From: a virus
Length of the DNA stretch: 64,000 nucleotides
Direction: 5' to 3' (one strand)
IMG/VR virus record: IMGVR_UViG_3300005617_000028
Span: 32,001-96,000 of that record
This document shows positions 18,007-27,504 of this stretch, piece after piece. Within the stretch, counting starts at the first letter, position 1; the number at the start of each line of letters is the position of its first letter. Below the pieces are notes generated by a model. It searched no databases, was not told where the DNA came from, and saw nothing but the letters and a program-made list of their open reading frames with translations. The translations under genes and the position numbers were made by a program.

Positions 18007-18567
18007 TTACGACACGGACGCGACCCGGGACACGTCGGTCTTGATCCGGGTGCCCTGAAATGACGCCGGCCGGGTGGCCTTGTCGCCGGCCAGGCCGGCC
18101 ACCGCGGTCCCCGTGAGTGTGTCCCCGATGATGGTGATACGCCAGGTCACCTGCAGGGCCGGCGCCGGCTTGCGGGTGCGGGAGGAAGCGTTCAGCTCCA
18201 CGAACGACCCGACGAAGCTCGCCACCCCGGGAACCCCGGTGCCGTGGGTGACCTGCCACGTGCCCAGCCCGATCGAATCGGTGGTGCCGTCCGCGCCGGT
18301 GGCCTGTACGCCGGACGGGTTGGTGCTGATCATGACGCCGCCGGGCAGAAACGCGAACAGGTGTGGCGAGTAGGGCGCCCCGGTCACCTTCACCTGCCAC
18401 GAACCGATGATTGAGGGTTGTCCGGCGTCCGGGACGGCCGTCGGGTGCGTCGACGCCGCCACGGCTGGTACGGCGTGTGTGTCGTGGCTGCTGCAGCCGT
18501 GCAGGCCAAACGACGCGACCACGATCGCCGCCAGGACCGCGCGACGTCCCCATTTGTTCACAACCAC
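18007..18567 (-). CDS. Putative lipoprotein, beta-rich (lipocalin-like)
   Basis: GAGGAG RBS; GRRAVLAAIVVASFGLHGC signal/lipobox; IIGSWQV. Confidence 0.65.
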   Translation of the reverse strand: MVVNKWGRRAVLAAIVVASFGLHGCSSHDTHAVPAVAASTHPTAVPDAGQPSIIGSWQVKVTGAPYSPHLFAFLPGGVMISTNPSGVQATGADGTTDSIGLGTWQVTHGTGVPGVASFVGSFVELNASSRTRKPAPALQVTWRITIIGDTLTGTAVAGLAGDKATRPASFQGTRIKTDVSRVASVS

Positions 18568-18715
18568 AGTGCTGAACTCCTCTGTTGGTAGGTTCCCTGA
18601 TACGAATGCGCACCGTTGCGGCTGTCCGCGAACGTCCGCGCCCGGCGCTGCTGGCGCTGAGCCAGGTACGCCAGATAGCGCCAGGTGACCGTGGCCGGCC
18701 AGCGGTGCACGGGCT

Positions 18716-19084
18716 TCATCGCCGCGGGCCGGCGTCGCCCGCCAGCCACGGCATCCGGTCGGCCGCGTCACGGCGGGCTTGGGCGTACGCCGCGTAGTCA
18801 CTGCCGGCCGGGGCGGCGACCGGGCAGGCGGCCAGCTCCCGGGCCGGCGGTAGCGCCTGGCGGGTGCCGGGCCACACCGGGCCCCGCGCGACCTGGTAGC
18901 CCCGCTGAGCGGTCTGGGAGGGCACACACGGGAACGTCTCCCCGCAGGTGACACAGGTGCGCCCCTGGGTGTCCGGCCGGTGGTCCTGGTCCAGGTACGC
19001 GCACAGCGCCCAGATGGTCGGGTGCGCCCCCGGTGGCGCCACCAGCATCTCCGGGTCGTACCGGGTGTGCTCGTCGCCTTTCAT
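18716..19084 (-). CDS. Small Zn-finger protein of the XRE-divergent cluster
   Basis: HRPD...CVTCGETFPC; GAGGAGG RBS, ATGA coupling. Confidence 0.6.
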   Translation of the reverse strand: MKGDEHTRYDPEMLVAPPGAHPTIWALCAYLDQDHRPDTQGRTCVTCGETFPCVPSQTAQRGYQVARGPVWPGTRQALPPARELAACPVAAPAGSDYAAYAQARRDAADRMPWLAGDAGPRR

Positions 19085-19413
19085 GCATCCACCTCCTCGG
19101 CTTGTTGTCCGGCGAGTTCTTTCTGTTGCCGAGCCTGTTCTTTCTGTTGTCGGTCCTGTTCGTCTAACCACGCCTGCGCTGCCTTGTTGGCTTCGGCGAT
19201 GTCGCACAGCAAGCTGAAAGGTTCATGGGACAAGCTCCCGTCCCAGTAGACCCTTTTCGCGTGGATGAACGTTTCCTTGTCCTCGAAGTAGCGGAGCAGA
19301 TCCCACCGGACTGCGAGCACCTTGATGGTGATGTCACCTGTGCCGTACTTGTAGTGCGGGTCTTTCAGGGTGATGATCATGTTCGGGGCCACGATCCGCG
19401 GCACCGCCGTCAT
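19081..19413 (-). CDS. Hypothetical protein
   Basis: 110-aa coupled ORF. Confidence 0.6.
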   Translation of the reverse strand: MTAVPRIVAPNMIITLKDPHYKYGTGDITIKVLAVRWDLLRYFEDKETFIHAKRVYWDGSLSHEPFSLLCDIAEANKAAQAWLDEQDRQQKEQARQQKELAGQQAEEVDA

Positions 19414-19674
19414 CGCGGGGGTCCTCCGCCCTCCCGGGCGACCCAGGCGGCGAGGGACTTCTGCAGCTGCAGTGCCGCCGCCACCAGAGCGTCAACCGCG
19501 ATGATCGTGTCGCCGTCCGGGTGGGTCGCCTCCAGCAGCAATTCGCACTGTCCGGTATCGATGATCAGAATCGGGGCGGAGCCCTCGTCGACGTACGCGG
19601 TGGTGCCAGCACCGAGCGTTACGGTGATCGCCACCCGGGTCGGATTGGGCCGGGCCAGGGAGGACGTGGTCGGC

Positions 19675-19872
19675 TCATCCACGGAGGGCCGCCGCGGGTT
19701 CGGCGTTGGCGATGATCCTGTTGCGTTCCTGCAGCCGGTCACGGCATTCGGCACACATCGATCCCACGGCGGCGTGGCAGGTCACACACCAGTTGTCCAC
19801 CCGACGCCGGAGAAACCAGCCCATCGTCCCGCCCGCTGCCATTGCCAGGACGGCAATAACCAGGTAACCCAC
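19675..19872 (-). CDS. Small membrane-anchored Cys protein
   Basis: N-terminal TM, WCVTC...CAEC; GGAGG RBS; divergent from the XRE gene. Confidence 0.6.
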   Translation of the reverse strand: MGYLVIAVLAMAAGGTMGWFLRRRVDNWCVTCHAAVGSMCAECRDRLQERNRIIANAEPAAALRG

Positions 19873-20057
19873 AGTGTCCTCCAGGCTTGTATAGGCGGCT
19901 CATGCCGCGCGAAGATCAAATAACCCCCGCGGCCGGGTCGGTGATCTGACTCGGCTCTTTTGCTAGCCTCGGCGTTGTGCGTGTGTGAATCCATACGGTG
20001 CAGGTCTTCAAGTCGTCTTCAACAGGCCATGACTCATTCCCCCGGGAGGTGGCGGCA

Positions 20058-21248
20058 GTGCAGGATTTCGGTGAGGCGTTGCGCAGTCTGCGAACCGCGG
20101 CCGGTCTGAGTCAGGCGGACCTGGCCGCAGCGACGTCTTACGCGAAAAGCCATATCGGGAATGTCGAGACCGGTAAGCGGCAGCCCACGACGGAGCTTGC
20201 GGACGCATGCGACCGGGTGCTGGGTACCTCTCCGCTGCTGGTCATGTTGACCACCAACGGAGGCAGCGACATGAGACGACGCGCGCTTGTGAGCATCATC
20301 GGCACCTCGCTCGGGGCCGGCTTCACGTTCGGTCCGGACACGCTGGCTGAGGTGATCCGTACGGCCCTGTCCCGCGACACGGGCGATGACCTGGAGCAGG
20401 TGGTGGCCAACTTCGAGCGCCGCTATTTCTTGGAACCCACCACCGTGTACGGCACCGACTTGCTGTCCGAACTGCTCATCCTGCGGCAGCGGGTAGCGGA
20501 GCGGCCCGACCCGCGGACCCTGGCGACCACGGCGGTGTTGTCCCAGCTGTACGGCCTGTGGTCGGGCAACCAGGGCAAGCTCACCGCCGCGCACGGCTGG
20601 TACGGCACGGCGGCCGGCCTGGCGGACCGTAGCGGCGACAACCGGGTGCGGGCCGATGTGCGGGGCCGCTCGGTGGTGCGGGGCGTCTACGAGGGCTGGA
20701 GCCTGTCGCACGCGCGACGCGAGATCGAGACGACCCTGGCGCTGAGCCCTACGGTCACTGTGGGCCGACTGGAGGCGCACGCGGCGCGGGTGCACATTGC
20801 CGGCCTGACCGGGGCGGTGGACGAGGGCCGTCAGGCGGTGGCCGATATGTGGCGTACCGCCGAGGCGCTGCCGGAGCCGGACCACCCGGCCACCCACACC
20901 GCCCGCACCGCGCTGTTCGACAACTTCCTGGAATGCCGGGCCGGTACCCCCGCCAGCGCCGAGAGGGCACACACCCGGGCGGTACCGCTGCTGGCGGCCA
21001 CGCCGCTGTGGCTGGCCGACGCGAAGATCTACTACGGCCGGGCGTTGGTGACGGGCGGTGACGTCGCCGGCGGTGTCCGGCTGGGCCTGGACGCGGTCAG
21101 CTCCTACAGCGGGGTGAACCTGCGCGTGCACCAGGTCGGCGTCCGTGATCTGCTGTCGGTGGTCCCGCCCGGCTACGCCAGCGACGAGCTGCACGCCCTG
21201 CGGGCCTACGCCAGCCCGCAGCCCGGCCCGTGGGAGACGCTTCAATGA
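20058..21248 (+). CDS. XRE-family HTH regulator with long helical C-domain
   Basis: FGEALRSLRTAAGLSQADLA...SHIGNVETGKRQPT...CDRVLG followed by MRRRAL. Confidence 0.88.
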   Translation: MQDFGEALRSLRTAAGLSQADLAAATSYAKSHIGNVETGKRQPTTELADACDRVLGTSPLLVMLTTNGGSDMRRRALVSIIGTSLGAGFTFGPDTLAEVIRTALSRDTGDDLEQVVANFERRYFLEPTTVYGTDLLSELLILRQRVAERPDPRTLATTAVLSQLYGLWSGNQGKLTAAHGWYGTAAGLADRSGDNRVRADVRGRSVVRGVYEGWSLSHARREIETTLALSPTVTVGRLEAHAARVHIAGLTGAVDEGRQAVADMWRTAEALPEPDHPATHTARTALFDNFLECRAGTPASAERAHTRAVPLLAATPLWLADAKIYYGRALVTGGDVAGGVRLGLDAVSSYSGVNLRVHQVGVRDLLSVVPPGYASDELHALRAYASPQPGPWETLQ

Positions 21249-21459
21249 CCAGACCCCGCCGCACCACACCCGAACACCGCGACCAGGTGCACGCCGTCCG
21301 GGCCGCCGTCGGGGCCGGGCCGCAGCGGACCTGCCGGCCCGGCATCCGGGGCCACTGTGGCGACCCGGCGTGTGCATTCTGTCAGCGTGACCGTGAGGAG
21401 AGGGCCGAGCTGGCCGAGGACACTGCGGCGGAGTAAGGCACCCGCGTTCACGCAAATGC

Positions 21460-21499
21460 CCCGGAGCCTGAATCCGCCGTCGGGAGGTTCAGGCTCCGG
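21460..21499. terminator. Hairpin terminator
   Basis: CCGGAGCCTGAA/TTCAGGCTCCGG. Confidence 0.65.
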
Positions 21500-21605
21500 T
21501 GTGTGTCCGGGGGAGGCCCGGATGCTGGCTAGGATGAGGCATGCGACATGTCGGATATGACGCTGGCCGGCCCCCCCGTGACGTGCTGGTCGTCAATCCT
21601 GGGCC

Positions 21606-22610
21606 TTGGTAGTGGGCATCCTCCGGGTGAAGGACGGTATCGGATCGTGGGCGACCGTTTCGGTCGACGCGGCCGGACCGACGTCGCCGCAGCTTCTGCG
21701 GTTGAAGCTGCCCGATGGTGTGTGGCTAACTCACGTGGCACCGGACGCCCCAGGCGCCCGGCCGTTGAGGTTGAAGCGCCATGACGGGTCGTGGGTGACT
21801 GTCCTGTATGTGGCCGCCGCGCCGGCGGGCGTGGTTGCCGAGTTGAACTATGCGACGCTCGGGGGCCTGCGCTCCCTGTCCTGGGTCTTGCAGTACCTCG
21901 GCGGCTCCACCCCTACGTGGCAGGTTCAGCTGAACAATGTCACTACGGGTGTGAGTGCGCGCAGCGCGGGTGGTGCGTCATTTGACCGGCGCCGGGTCGT
22001 GTCCTATTTCATTGTTGACTTAAATCCGATTCGTTGGTTGATGGTTCAGGACCCGACCCTACGAAAATATGTGACCATTAATCTTGCTGGTATCGTCGGA
22101 TCAGCGGGTCTGGATATCGTGGACGGTCTCAGTGGTTCGCATTCCACCTTCAACCTCCGGGTACTAGAGATAGCCGAGCCACCCGCGTTTGTGACCGGCC
22201 AGCCTCAAGGCCCGGCCGGCGCACTCGCAGTACGGATCGTCGCATCTGTTTTCCTCAACCGCCTCATCGATGTGCGCGGGATCGTCAACGCCGGCCCGGC
22301 GACACAGTCTTTCGCAGGCGAGGCCGAGGCGGCGGCCGAGACTTTCATGGATCCGGTCGGCGCAGTTCTCAGCACCGTCCAGATTCCAAGCGCTGCACTG
22401 GGTTACTGGACCGTGAGCCGGCCCGTCCCGGAAGCAGAGATGATGACCAGGTCATGTATCGCGTTCGCGATCACTACCGATGTCGTGCCGCTGGATTTTC
22501 CCGAGCGTACGGGCGCCGTGGGTTGGTCAGTGACTGGTCACACCACCGACTATGTGGAAACAATCGGCAGTCCGGTCGTGCGGGCATGTTCCATCACCCT
22601 TTTCGGCTAG
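21606..22610 (+). CDS. Hypothetical beta-rich protein, lower GC than neighbours
   Basis: 334-aa ORF; three N-terminal LR(V/L)K..DG.(S/V)W repeats. Confidence 0.6.
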   Translation: MVVGILRVKDGIGSWATVSVDAAGPTSPQLLRLKLPDGVWLTHVAPDAPGARPLRLKRHDGSWVTVLYVAAAPAGVVAELNYATLGGLRSLSWVLQYLGGSTPTWQVQLNNVTTGVSARSAGGASFDRRRVVSYFIVDLNPIRWLMVQDPTLRKYVTINLAGIVGSAGLDIVDGLSGSHSTFNLRVLEIAEPPAFVTGQPQGPAGALAVRIVASVFLNRLIDVRGIVNAGPATQSFAGEAEAAAETFMDPVGAVLSTVQIPSAALGYWTVSRPVPEAEMMTRSCIAFAITTDVVPLDFPERTGAVGWSVTGHTTDYVETIGSPVVRACSITLFG

Positions 22611-24178
22611 GGTCCGTCGCCGGCAGGTCGTACGGTGCGGAAACCGGCGAAGTGGCCGTTGAGGATGCGGCCCGCCTTTTCGATCAGCGCAGCCGCGGTG
22701 AACGGCTTTTCGATCAGGTTGACATCGCGTTCCAGCCGGCCCTGGGATGCCAGCACCGGCTGGGCGTAGCCGGACATGAACAGCACCTCGATGTCGGGGC
22801 GCAGCGCGATGATCCGCTCCGCGACCTCCTTGCCCAGCATGTGCGGCATCACCACGTCGGTGAGCAGCAGATGGATCTCACCCTCGTATTCGGTGGCCAA
22901 CGCGATCGCCTCCGGTCCGTTGGACGCGGTCATCACCTTGTAGCCACTGCGGCGGAAGATCCGCCGGGTGACGGTACGCAGCGCTTCCTGGTCTTCCACG
23001 ATGAGTACCATCTCCCCGGCCGGAGCCCGCTCGTACGCGACCGGGTCCGTGTTCTCCGGCGTCACCGCTTCCTTGGTGATGGGGATCAGGATGGTGAAGG
23101 TGGTACCCGCACCGGGCTGGGAACGGACCTCGATGGTGCCTTCGGCCTGGGCGACGATGCCGTACACGGTGGACAGCCCCAGCCCGGTACCCAGGCCGTC
23201 GGCCTTGGCGGTGAAAAACGGCTCGAATACGTGACTCAAGATCTCCGGCGGCATCCCGATGCCGGTGTCGGTGACCCGCAGCTGCACATGACGCCCCGAA
23301 TGGAGCAGCACGTCGGTGTCCACATCCACGTTGGCGGTGTCGATGCGCAGGACACCACCCTCGGCCATCGCGTCACGGGCGTTGACCGCCAGGTTGATCA
23401 GGATCTGTTCGATCTGGCCGGCGTTGCCCAGGATCGGCCACAGCCCGTCGGTCAGATCGGTTTCCATCAGAATGTCGGCGCCCAGGGTTCGGCGCAGCAT
23501 GTGCTCCACATCCAGCACCACCGTGTTCAGGTCCAGCACCTGCGGCTGCACCACCTCCCGCCGGGCGAACGCCAGCAGCTGGTGGGTCAGGTCGGTGGCC
23601 CGTTGGGCGGCTCGCTCGATCTGGCCGATGTCGACCACCGACGCCGCCAGATCCGGCTCCGCGCTGGTCAGCTCCTCCACTACGAACGCGGCGTAGTTGA
23701 GGATCACCGACAGCAGGTTGTTGAAGTCGTGCGCCACCCCACCGGCCAGCTGGCCCAGCATCTCCAGCCGCTGGCTCTGGTTAAGCCGCGACTGCAGATG
23801 TTCCCGGTCGGTCAGGTGCTGGGCGTGTTCGGTGTCCATCACCCCCTGGAAACGGTCCTGCGCCGCCTGCACCTGAAGCTGGGCCTGTTCATGTTCCTCG
23901 GCGACCCGCTCCTGGAAACGGTCCTGGGCGGCGTTGACCTGGATCCGCTCGGTGGCCCGCTCGCCGCTCATGGCGTCCTGGAAACGGTCCTGGGCGGCCT
24001 GCACCTCGGCCCGCTCGGTGTCACGTTCCTCACCCATGCGGATCTGTAGCCGGTCATGGGCTTCGCGTACCTGCACCCGCTCGCGGGCGTATTCGGCGCT
24101 CATCTGATCCTGGTGGGGATCAGCGGTAGTGGGCTGCGGTGTGTTGTCGTCCGGGCCGAGTGGAATCGCGTCCGACAT
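22607..24178 (-). CDS. Hybrid sensor histidine kinase / receiver (CckA-like), soluble, N-terminal 22-aa repeats
   Basis: H-box GGVAHDFNNLL, N-box NLAVNARDAM, G1 DTGIGM, F-box FEPFFT, G2 GTGLGL, receiver LLLTDVVMP...KPF. Confidence 0.95.
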   Translation of the reverse strand: MSDAIPLGPDDNTPQPTTADPHQDQMSAEYARERVQVREAHDRLQIRMGEERDTERAEVQAAQDRFQDAMSGERATERIQVNAAQDRFQERVAEEHEQAQLQVQAAQDRFQGVMDTEHAQHLTDREHLQSRLNQSQRLEMLGQLAGGVAHDFNNLLSVILNYAAFVVEELTSAEPDLAASVVDIGQIERAAQRATDLTHQLLAFARREVVQPQVLDLNTVVLDVEHMLRRTLGADILMETDLTDGLWPILGNAGQIEQILINLAVNARDAMAEGGVLRIDTANVDVDTDVLLHSGRHVQLRVTDTGIGMPPEILSHVFEPFFTAKADGLGTGLGLSTVYGIVAQAEGTIEVRSQPGAGTTFTILIPITKEAVTPENTDPVAYERAPAGEMVLIVEDQEALRTVTRRIFRRSGYKVMTASNGPEAIALATEYEGEIHLLLTDVVMPHMLGKEVAERIIALRPDIEVLFMSGYAQPVLASQGRLERDVNLIEKPFTAAALIEKAGRILNGHFAGFRTVRPAGDGP

Positions 24179-24313
24179 GGGTGGTCACCCCTGGTTTGAC
24201 CGCCGAAAGGCGAAGCCCTGGCGTGGGAGCGGTCATCATCCAGGGCGGAAGGTCGGAGGCCGACCAGCGCAGCCAGCGTATCGCCCGGTATGCCCGCCTT
24301 CGCTGCATATCGA

Positions 24314-24353
24314 TGTCTACTGACTAGGCATCGCGGTGTCAATCCGGTAGACT
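24314..24353 (+). promoter_or_regulatory. Tandem 17-bp operators over a leaderless promoter
   Basis: TGTCTACTGACTAGGCA (24314-24330) and TGTCAATCCGGTAGACT (24337-24353); TAGGCA-N17-TAGACT; ATG 6 nt downstream. Confidence 0.7.
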
Positions 24354-24359
24354 GCTGGG

Positions 24360-24767
24360 ATGGTTAAGACGAAGAAGGTTTTCCCCTGCGCGGTGGATGT
24401 CACCCGGGACTCCACCGGGTGGGTGGCCACCTTTGCCGGGGAGGCACCGGTGGGTGGGGGCACGGTACGCGCCGGCAGCCTGGTCAGCCTGCAGGAACGG
24501 GTCCAGGACCTGGTCGCCGAACGGGTCAGGCCGACGGTGGAGGTGGAGTTCACCTACCGGTTCGACTTCGGCCAGCCCCACCTGGAGGGGGTCACCGCCG
24601 ACATCCGCCGGCGCCGCGCGGAGCTGGCCGCCGCCGAAGCCAGACTCTTCGCCGAAACTGATCAGCTGGCCCGGGAACTGGTCGCCGGTCAAGGTCTGTC
24701 GTTCCGCGACGCCGCGGTCCTGCTTGGCGTGTCCCACCAGTGGATCGGCAAACTGCTCGCCGTCTGA
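24360..24767 (+). CDS. hicB: Orphan HicB-like antitoxin with C-terminal HTH
   Basis: VTRDSTGWVATF...TVRAGSL..LQERVQDLV; C-terminal GLSFRDAAVLLGVSHQWIGKL; no hicA adjacent. Confidence 0.75.
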   Translation: MVKTKKVFPCAVDVTRDSTGWVATFAGEAPVGGGTVRAGSLVSLQERVQDLVAERVRPTVEVEFTYRFDFGQPHLEGVTADIRRRRAELAAAEARLFAETDQLARELVAGQGLSFRDAAVLLGVSHQWIGKLLAV

Positions 24768-24809
24768 GACCGTACCGGGCCCACCCCGCACCACCTGTGA
24801 GGAGAACCG

Positions 24810-25418
24810 ATGAGCAGCCAGGCTGCCGACACCACCACCATCAGCATCTTTCCCGAGGAGCTGTTGCTCTCCGCCGGCCAGGTTGAGGGATGGACCGGTC
24901 GGGCGCTCGACGCGGAAGAGCTGGTACGCCTGCGGGCGGAGATCGCCGCCTCCCCGGTCATCCAGCAGGCGGTGGTGGCGATCGTGGCACATTTCACCCG
25001 CAGTCCGGTGGACGTGCTGTGGGAGACGGTGAAGCGGTTGGAGGGGGAGGCCGCCCAGACGGCCGCGGTCGCCGCACTGGTGGAGAGCTACGTCCGTGAG
25101 GTGGCGCAGCCGGCCATCGCAGCCAGAGCCCGACCCACGAATGGCCTCGGTGACAGCGCGGCCGCGCTGTTGGCCCTGGCACCGGGTTGGTGTGTCAGTC
25201 GCACCCTACGGAGCGAGGCGCGAAGCTACGTGGAAGCCTCCGCCTTCGCGCAGGGTCCGGATGGCACGCCGGCTCGCCGTGTGCACCGGGCGCTGCAAAA
25301 CCTGGACCGCCGCTATCTGTTCGACGCCCTGGACGCGCTCGGCGACGAGTGGCTGTCCACTGTGGTGTCCGGCAGCGGCTCCACCACGAACGACAGCACC
25401 GAATCCAACGGGATGTAG
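24810..25418 (+). CDS. Hypothetical protein
   Basis: GAGGAG RBS, 202 aa. Confidence 0.6.
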   Translation: MSSQAADTTTISIFPEELLLSAGQVEGWTGRALDAEELVRLRAEIAASPVIQQAVVAIVAHFTRSPVDVLWETVKRLEGEAAQTAAVAALVESYVREVAQPAIAARARPTNGLGDSAAALLALAPGWCVSRTLRSEARSYVEASAFAQGPDGTPARRVHRALQNLDRRYLFDALDALGDEWLSTVVSGSGSTTNDSTESNGM

Positions 25419-25547
25419 AGCCGGGGAAACCGGCCGACCACCAGGCACCGCTGGGCGGCGGCAACACGCCAGCTCTCCCGCACCGGGTAGTACATCACCT
25501 GGTGATCCTGGTAGGTCACCACCAACTGCACCCGGGCCGCCGGCGGT

Positions 25548-26030
25548 TCAGCCATCTGTGGGCCGCCGGGGCAGGGTCACCCGGCTGGCCAGGTCGCGCA
25601 CCACATCGTCGGCGTACGCCTCATGCCCGGCCAGCATGGGGTCTTCGGCCACCGAGCGAAGCCACGCCCGGATCACCGCCGCCAGGGCCTGGGCCAGTCG
25701 GCTGCCGTCGTCGAGCTTGTCCACCGGCTCGGTACGGGTGTCCCGGTAGATGGCCAGCAGCTCCCCGGCGATCAGCTCAAACCCGTCATCCTCCGGGGTT
25801 TCCTCGAACGCGGCCCGGGCCGCCTTCAACACCTGCCGGGCCGCGTCCTGGTACTCCTGGCGGAACGCGGCGGGGTCACCGCTGCTGCCCGGCCCCGGCC
25901 AGTGCGCATCGGCCATCTCCGGATTGTCGAAGTCGTTGCCCTGGATGGCGGCCATCCGGCGCGCGGCGGCCTGCACCGCGCCCGGGTGGTCTTCCAGGCG
26001 CAGGCGTGTGGGCACAGGGTCCAGGCTCAT
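25548..26030 (-). CDS. Hypothetical protein
   Basis: GAGGAG RBS, 160 aa. Confidence 0.6.
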   Translation of the reverse strand: MSLDPVPTRLRLEDHPGAVQAAARRMAAIQGNDFDNPEMADAHWPGPGSSGDPAAFRQEYQDAARQVLKAARAAFEETPEDDGFELIAGELLAIYRDTRTEPVDKLDDGSRLAQALAAVIRAWLRSVAEDPMLAGHEAYADDVVRDLASRVTLPRRPTDG

Positions 26031-26390
26031 TGGCGGTACTCCTCGGATCTGGGCATATGGTCCGGTTTCCGGATCCTACGGTCACAGGGTCACTGAGTTT
26101 GACGAAAAGTCAGTGAATGGCCACGCAGAGTGATTGTCCGTGGTTAGGGTCTGGACAGACCGGCACGAGGCTGTAGCGACAAGGTCAATCCTGGCAGTCA
26201 CCGGGTGGACCCGATGCCGACAACACCGTCCGTGTCCCCTGTTTGTGCCGCCGGGTGTCTGGACCATGCACCCGGCGGCCACCTCAGCCGAGCCCCCTCA
26301 CGCCGCCGCCCGGTCACCCCAACGTGTGGCGCACACACCCAGAACGGCCAGGGCCTCGCTCCACCCGCGGTGAGCTGCCCATACTGCTAA
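26031..26390 (+). ncRNA. Candidate structured RNA (about 360 nt); strand uncertain
   Basis: End-closing TGGCGGTA/TACTGCTA and TGGGCA/TGCCCA; TCACTGA/TCAGTGA; GCCGCCGGGTG/CACCCGGCGGC; GACCGG/CCGGTC; TGGCC/GGCCA. Confidence 0.45.
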
Positions 26391-26417
26391 CACACCAGCC
26401 AGTCGGGGGGCATCAGA

Positions 26418-26819
26418 GTGGCTAACGAAGCGGCCCTACGCGAGGTGCTGGGCTTCATCGAGCTGCACCTGGACCAGTGGGACCCGGCCCGCTGGGTGGA
26501 CGGCTACTGGGGCGACACCTGCGGCACGGTGGCCTGCCTCGCCGGCTGGACCTACCTGCTGCGCACACGGTCCCCGCAACCCCAGCCGCCGGCCCGCGTC
26601 GTGTTCCATGAAGCCAGCGCCCTGCTCGGCCTGAACCGGTCCCAGGCGGTGGCCCTGTTCGGCTACACCACCGTCATGGAGGACGGCCCGGACAACAACG
26701 GCCTCGGCACCGCCCGCCCACCCACCTTCGCCGAACTGCTGGTGAAAGTGCAGGAGATCACCGGTGTGCAGTTCAAACCCGACGACACCACGGCACTGGA
26801 CGGCGCCCGTGCAGACTAG
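26418..26819 (+). CDS. Conserved actinophage hypothetical protein
   Basis: WDPARW...CGTVACLAGW...ASALLGL...ALF. Confidence 0.65.
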   Translation: MANEAALREVLGFIELHLDQWDPARWVDGYWGDTCGTVACLAGWTYLLRTRSPQPQPPARVVFHEASALLGLNRSQAVALFGYTTVMEDGPDNNGLGTARPPTFAELLVKVQEITGVQFKPDDTTALDGARAD

Positions 26820-27285
26820 CCAGGACGCGGCCGCCTCCGACCCGGTCTACCGCGTACGCCAGAGCCTGGCCCGGGCCCGCAGCCTCAACGCCGCCCTGGC
26901 CGCCCTGTCCATGGCCGACACTCCCATGCTGCGGGAAATCGAAGCCGACTACACCTTCCGCGCCGGCCCCGCCGACACCCTGCGTGAACGCATCGCTGCC
27001 GCCCACCTGCTGTCCCTGGCCGGACGGGGAAACCCCATGGGCGACACCGGCCACGTCACCACCGACCTGGTCCGCCAGTGGGCACACGACACCCTGGTGG
27101 AATGGATGGACGGCTACACCGACTACGTCAAAGAATCCGGCGGCCAGTACCGGCTACGGCCGGTACCCGGCCAACACCTGGGCGCCGACGCCGCCGACGA
27201 ACGGGTCACCATCGAGGTGGCCACCACCGCCGGCGCCGACCGCCGCCACTTCCAGATCCGGGTGGAAGTCACCGAAGTGTCGTAG
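26809..27285 (+). CDS. Hypothetical protein
   Basis: GC3-rich ORF overlapping the previous stop. Confidence 0.55.
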   Translation: MQTSQDAAASDPVYRVRQSLARARSLNAALAALSMADTPMLREIEADYTFRAGPADTLRERIAAAHLLSLAGRGNPMGDTGHVTTDLVRQWAHDTLVEWMDGYTDYVKESGGQYRLRPVPGQHLGADAADERVTIEVATTAGADRRHFQIRVEVTEVS

Positions 27286-27504
27286 CCCCGCGCCGCCGAA
27301 GGAGCAGCCTGTGAACCCCAACCGGAACACACCCACGTCCAACATGCTCTGGCGGCTGCGCGGCGCCGTACGAGCCATGCAGGCGTGCCTCGTGCTCGCC
27401 GACGTCGACCCTGCCCTCACCGAACTGGACCAGGTGCTGCGGGCCAAGCGCGGCTGCCGCCGTTGACCCGCCCGCAAAACAACGCAGCGAGCCGGTAGAC
27501 GTAG

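Noticed and set aside
20034-24049. Long alternative-frame ORFs (20034..21455 minus, 22454..24049 plus; also 33902..35107 and 10887..11939)
   Set aside because: Antisense shadows of well-supported genes, typical of high-GC DNA
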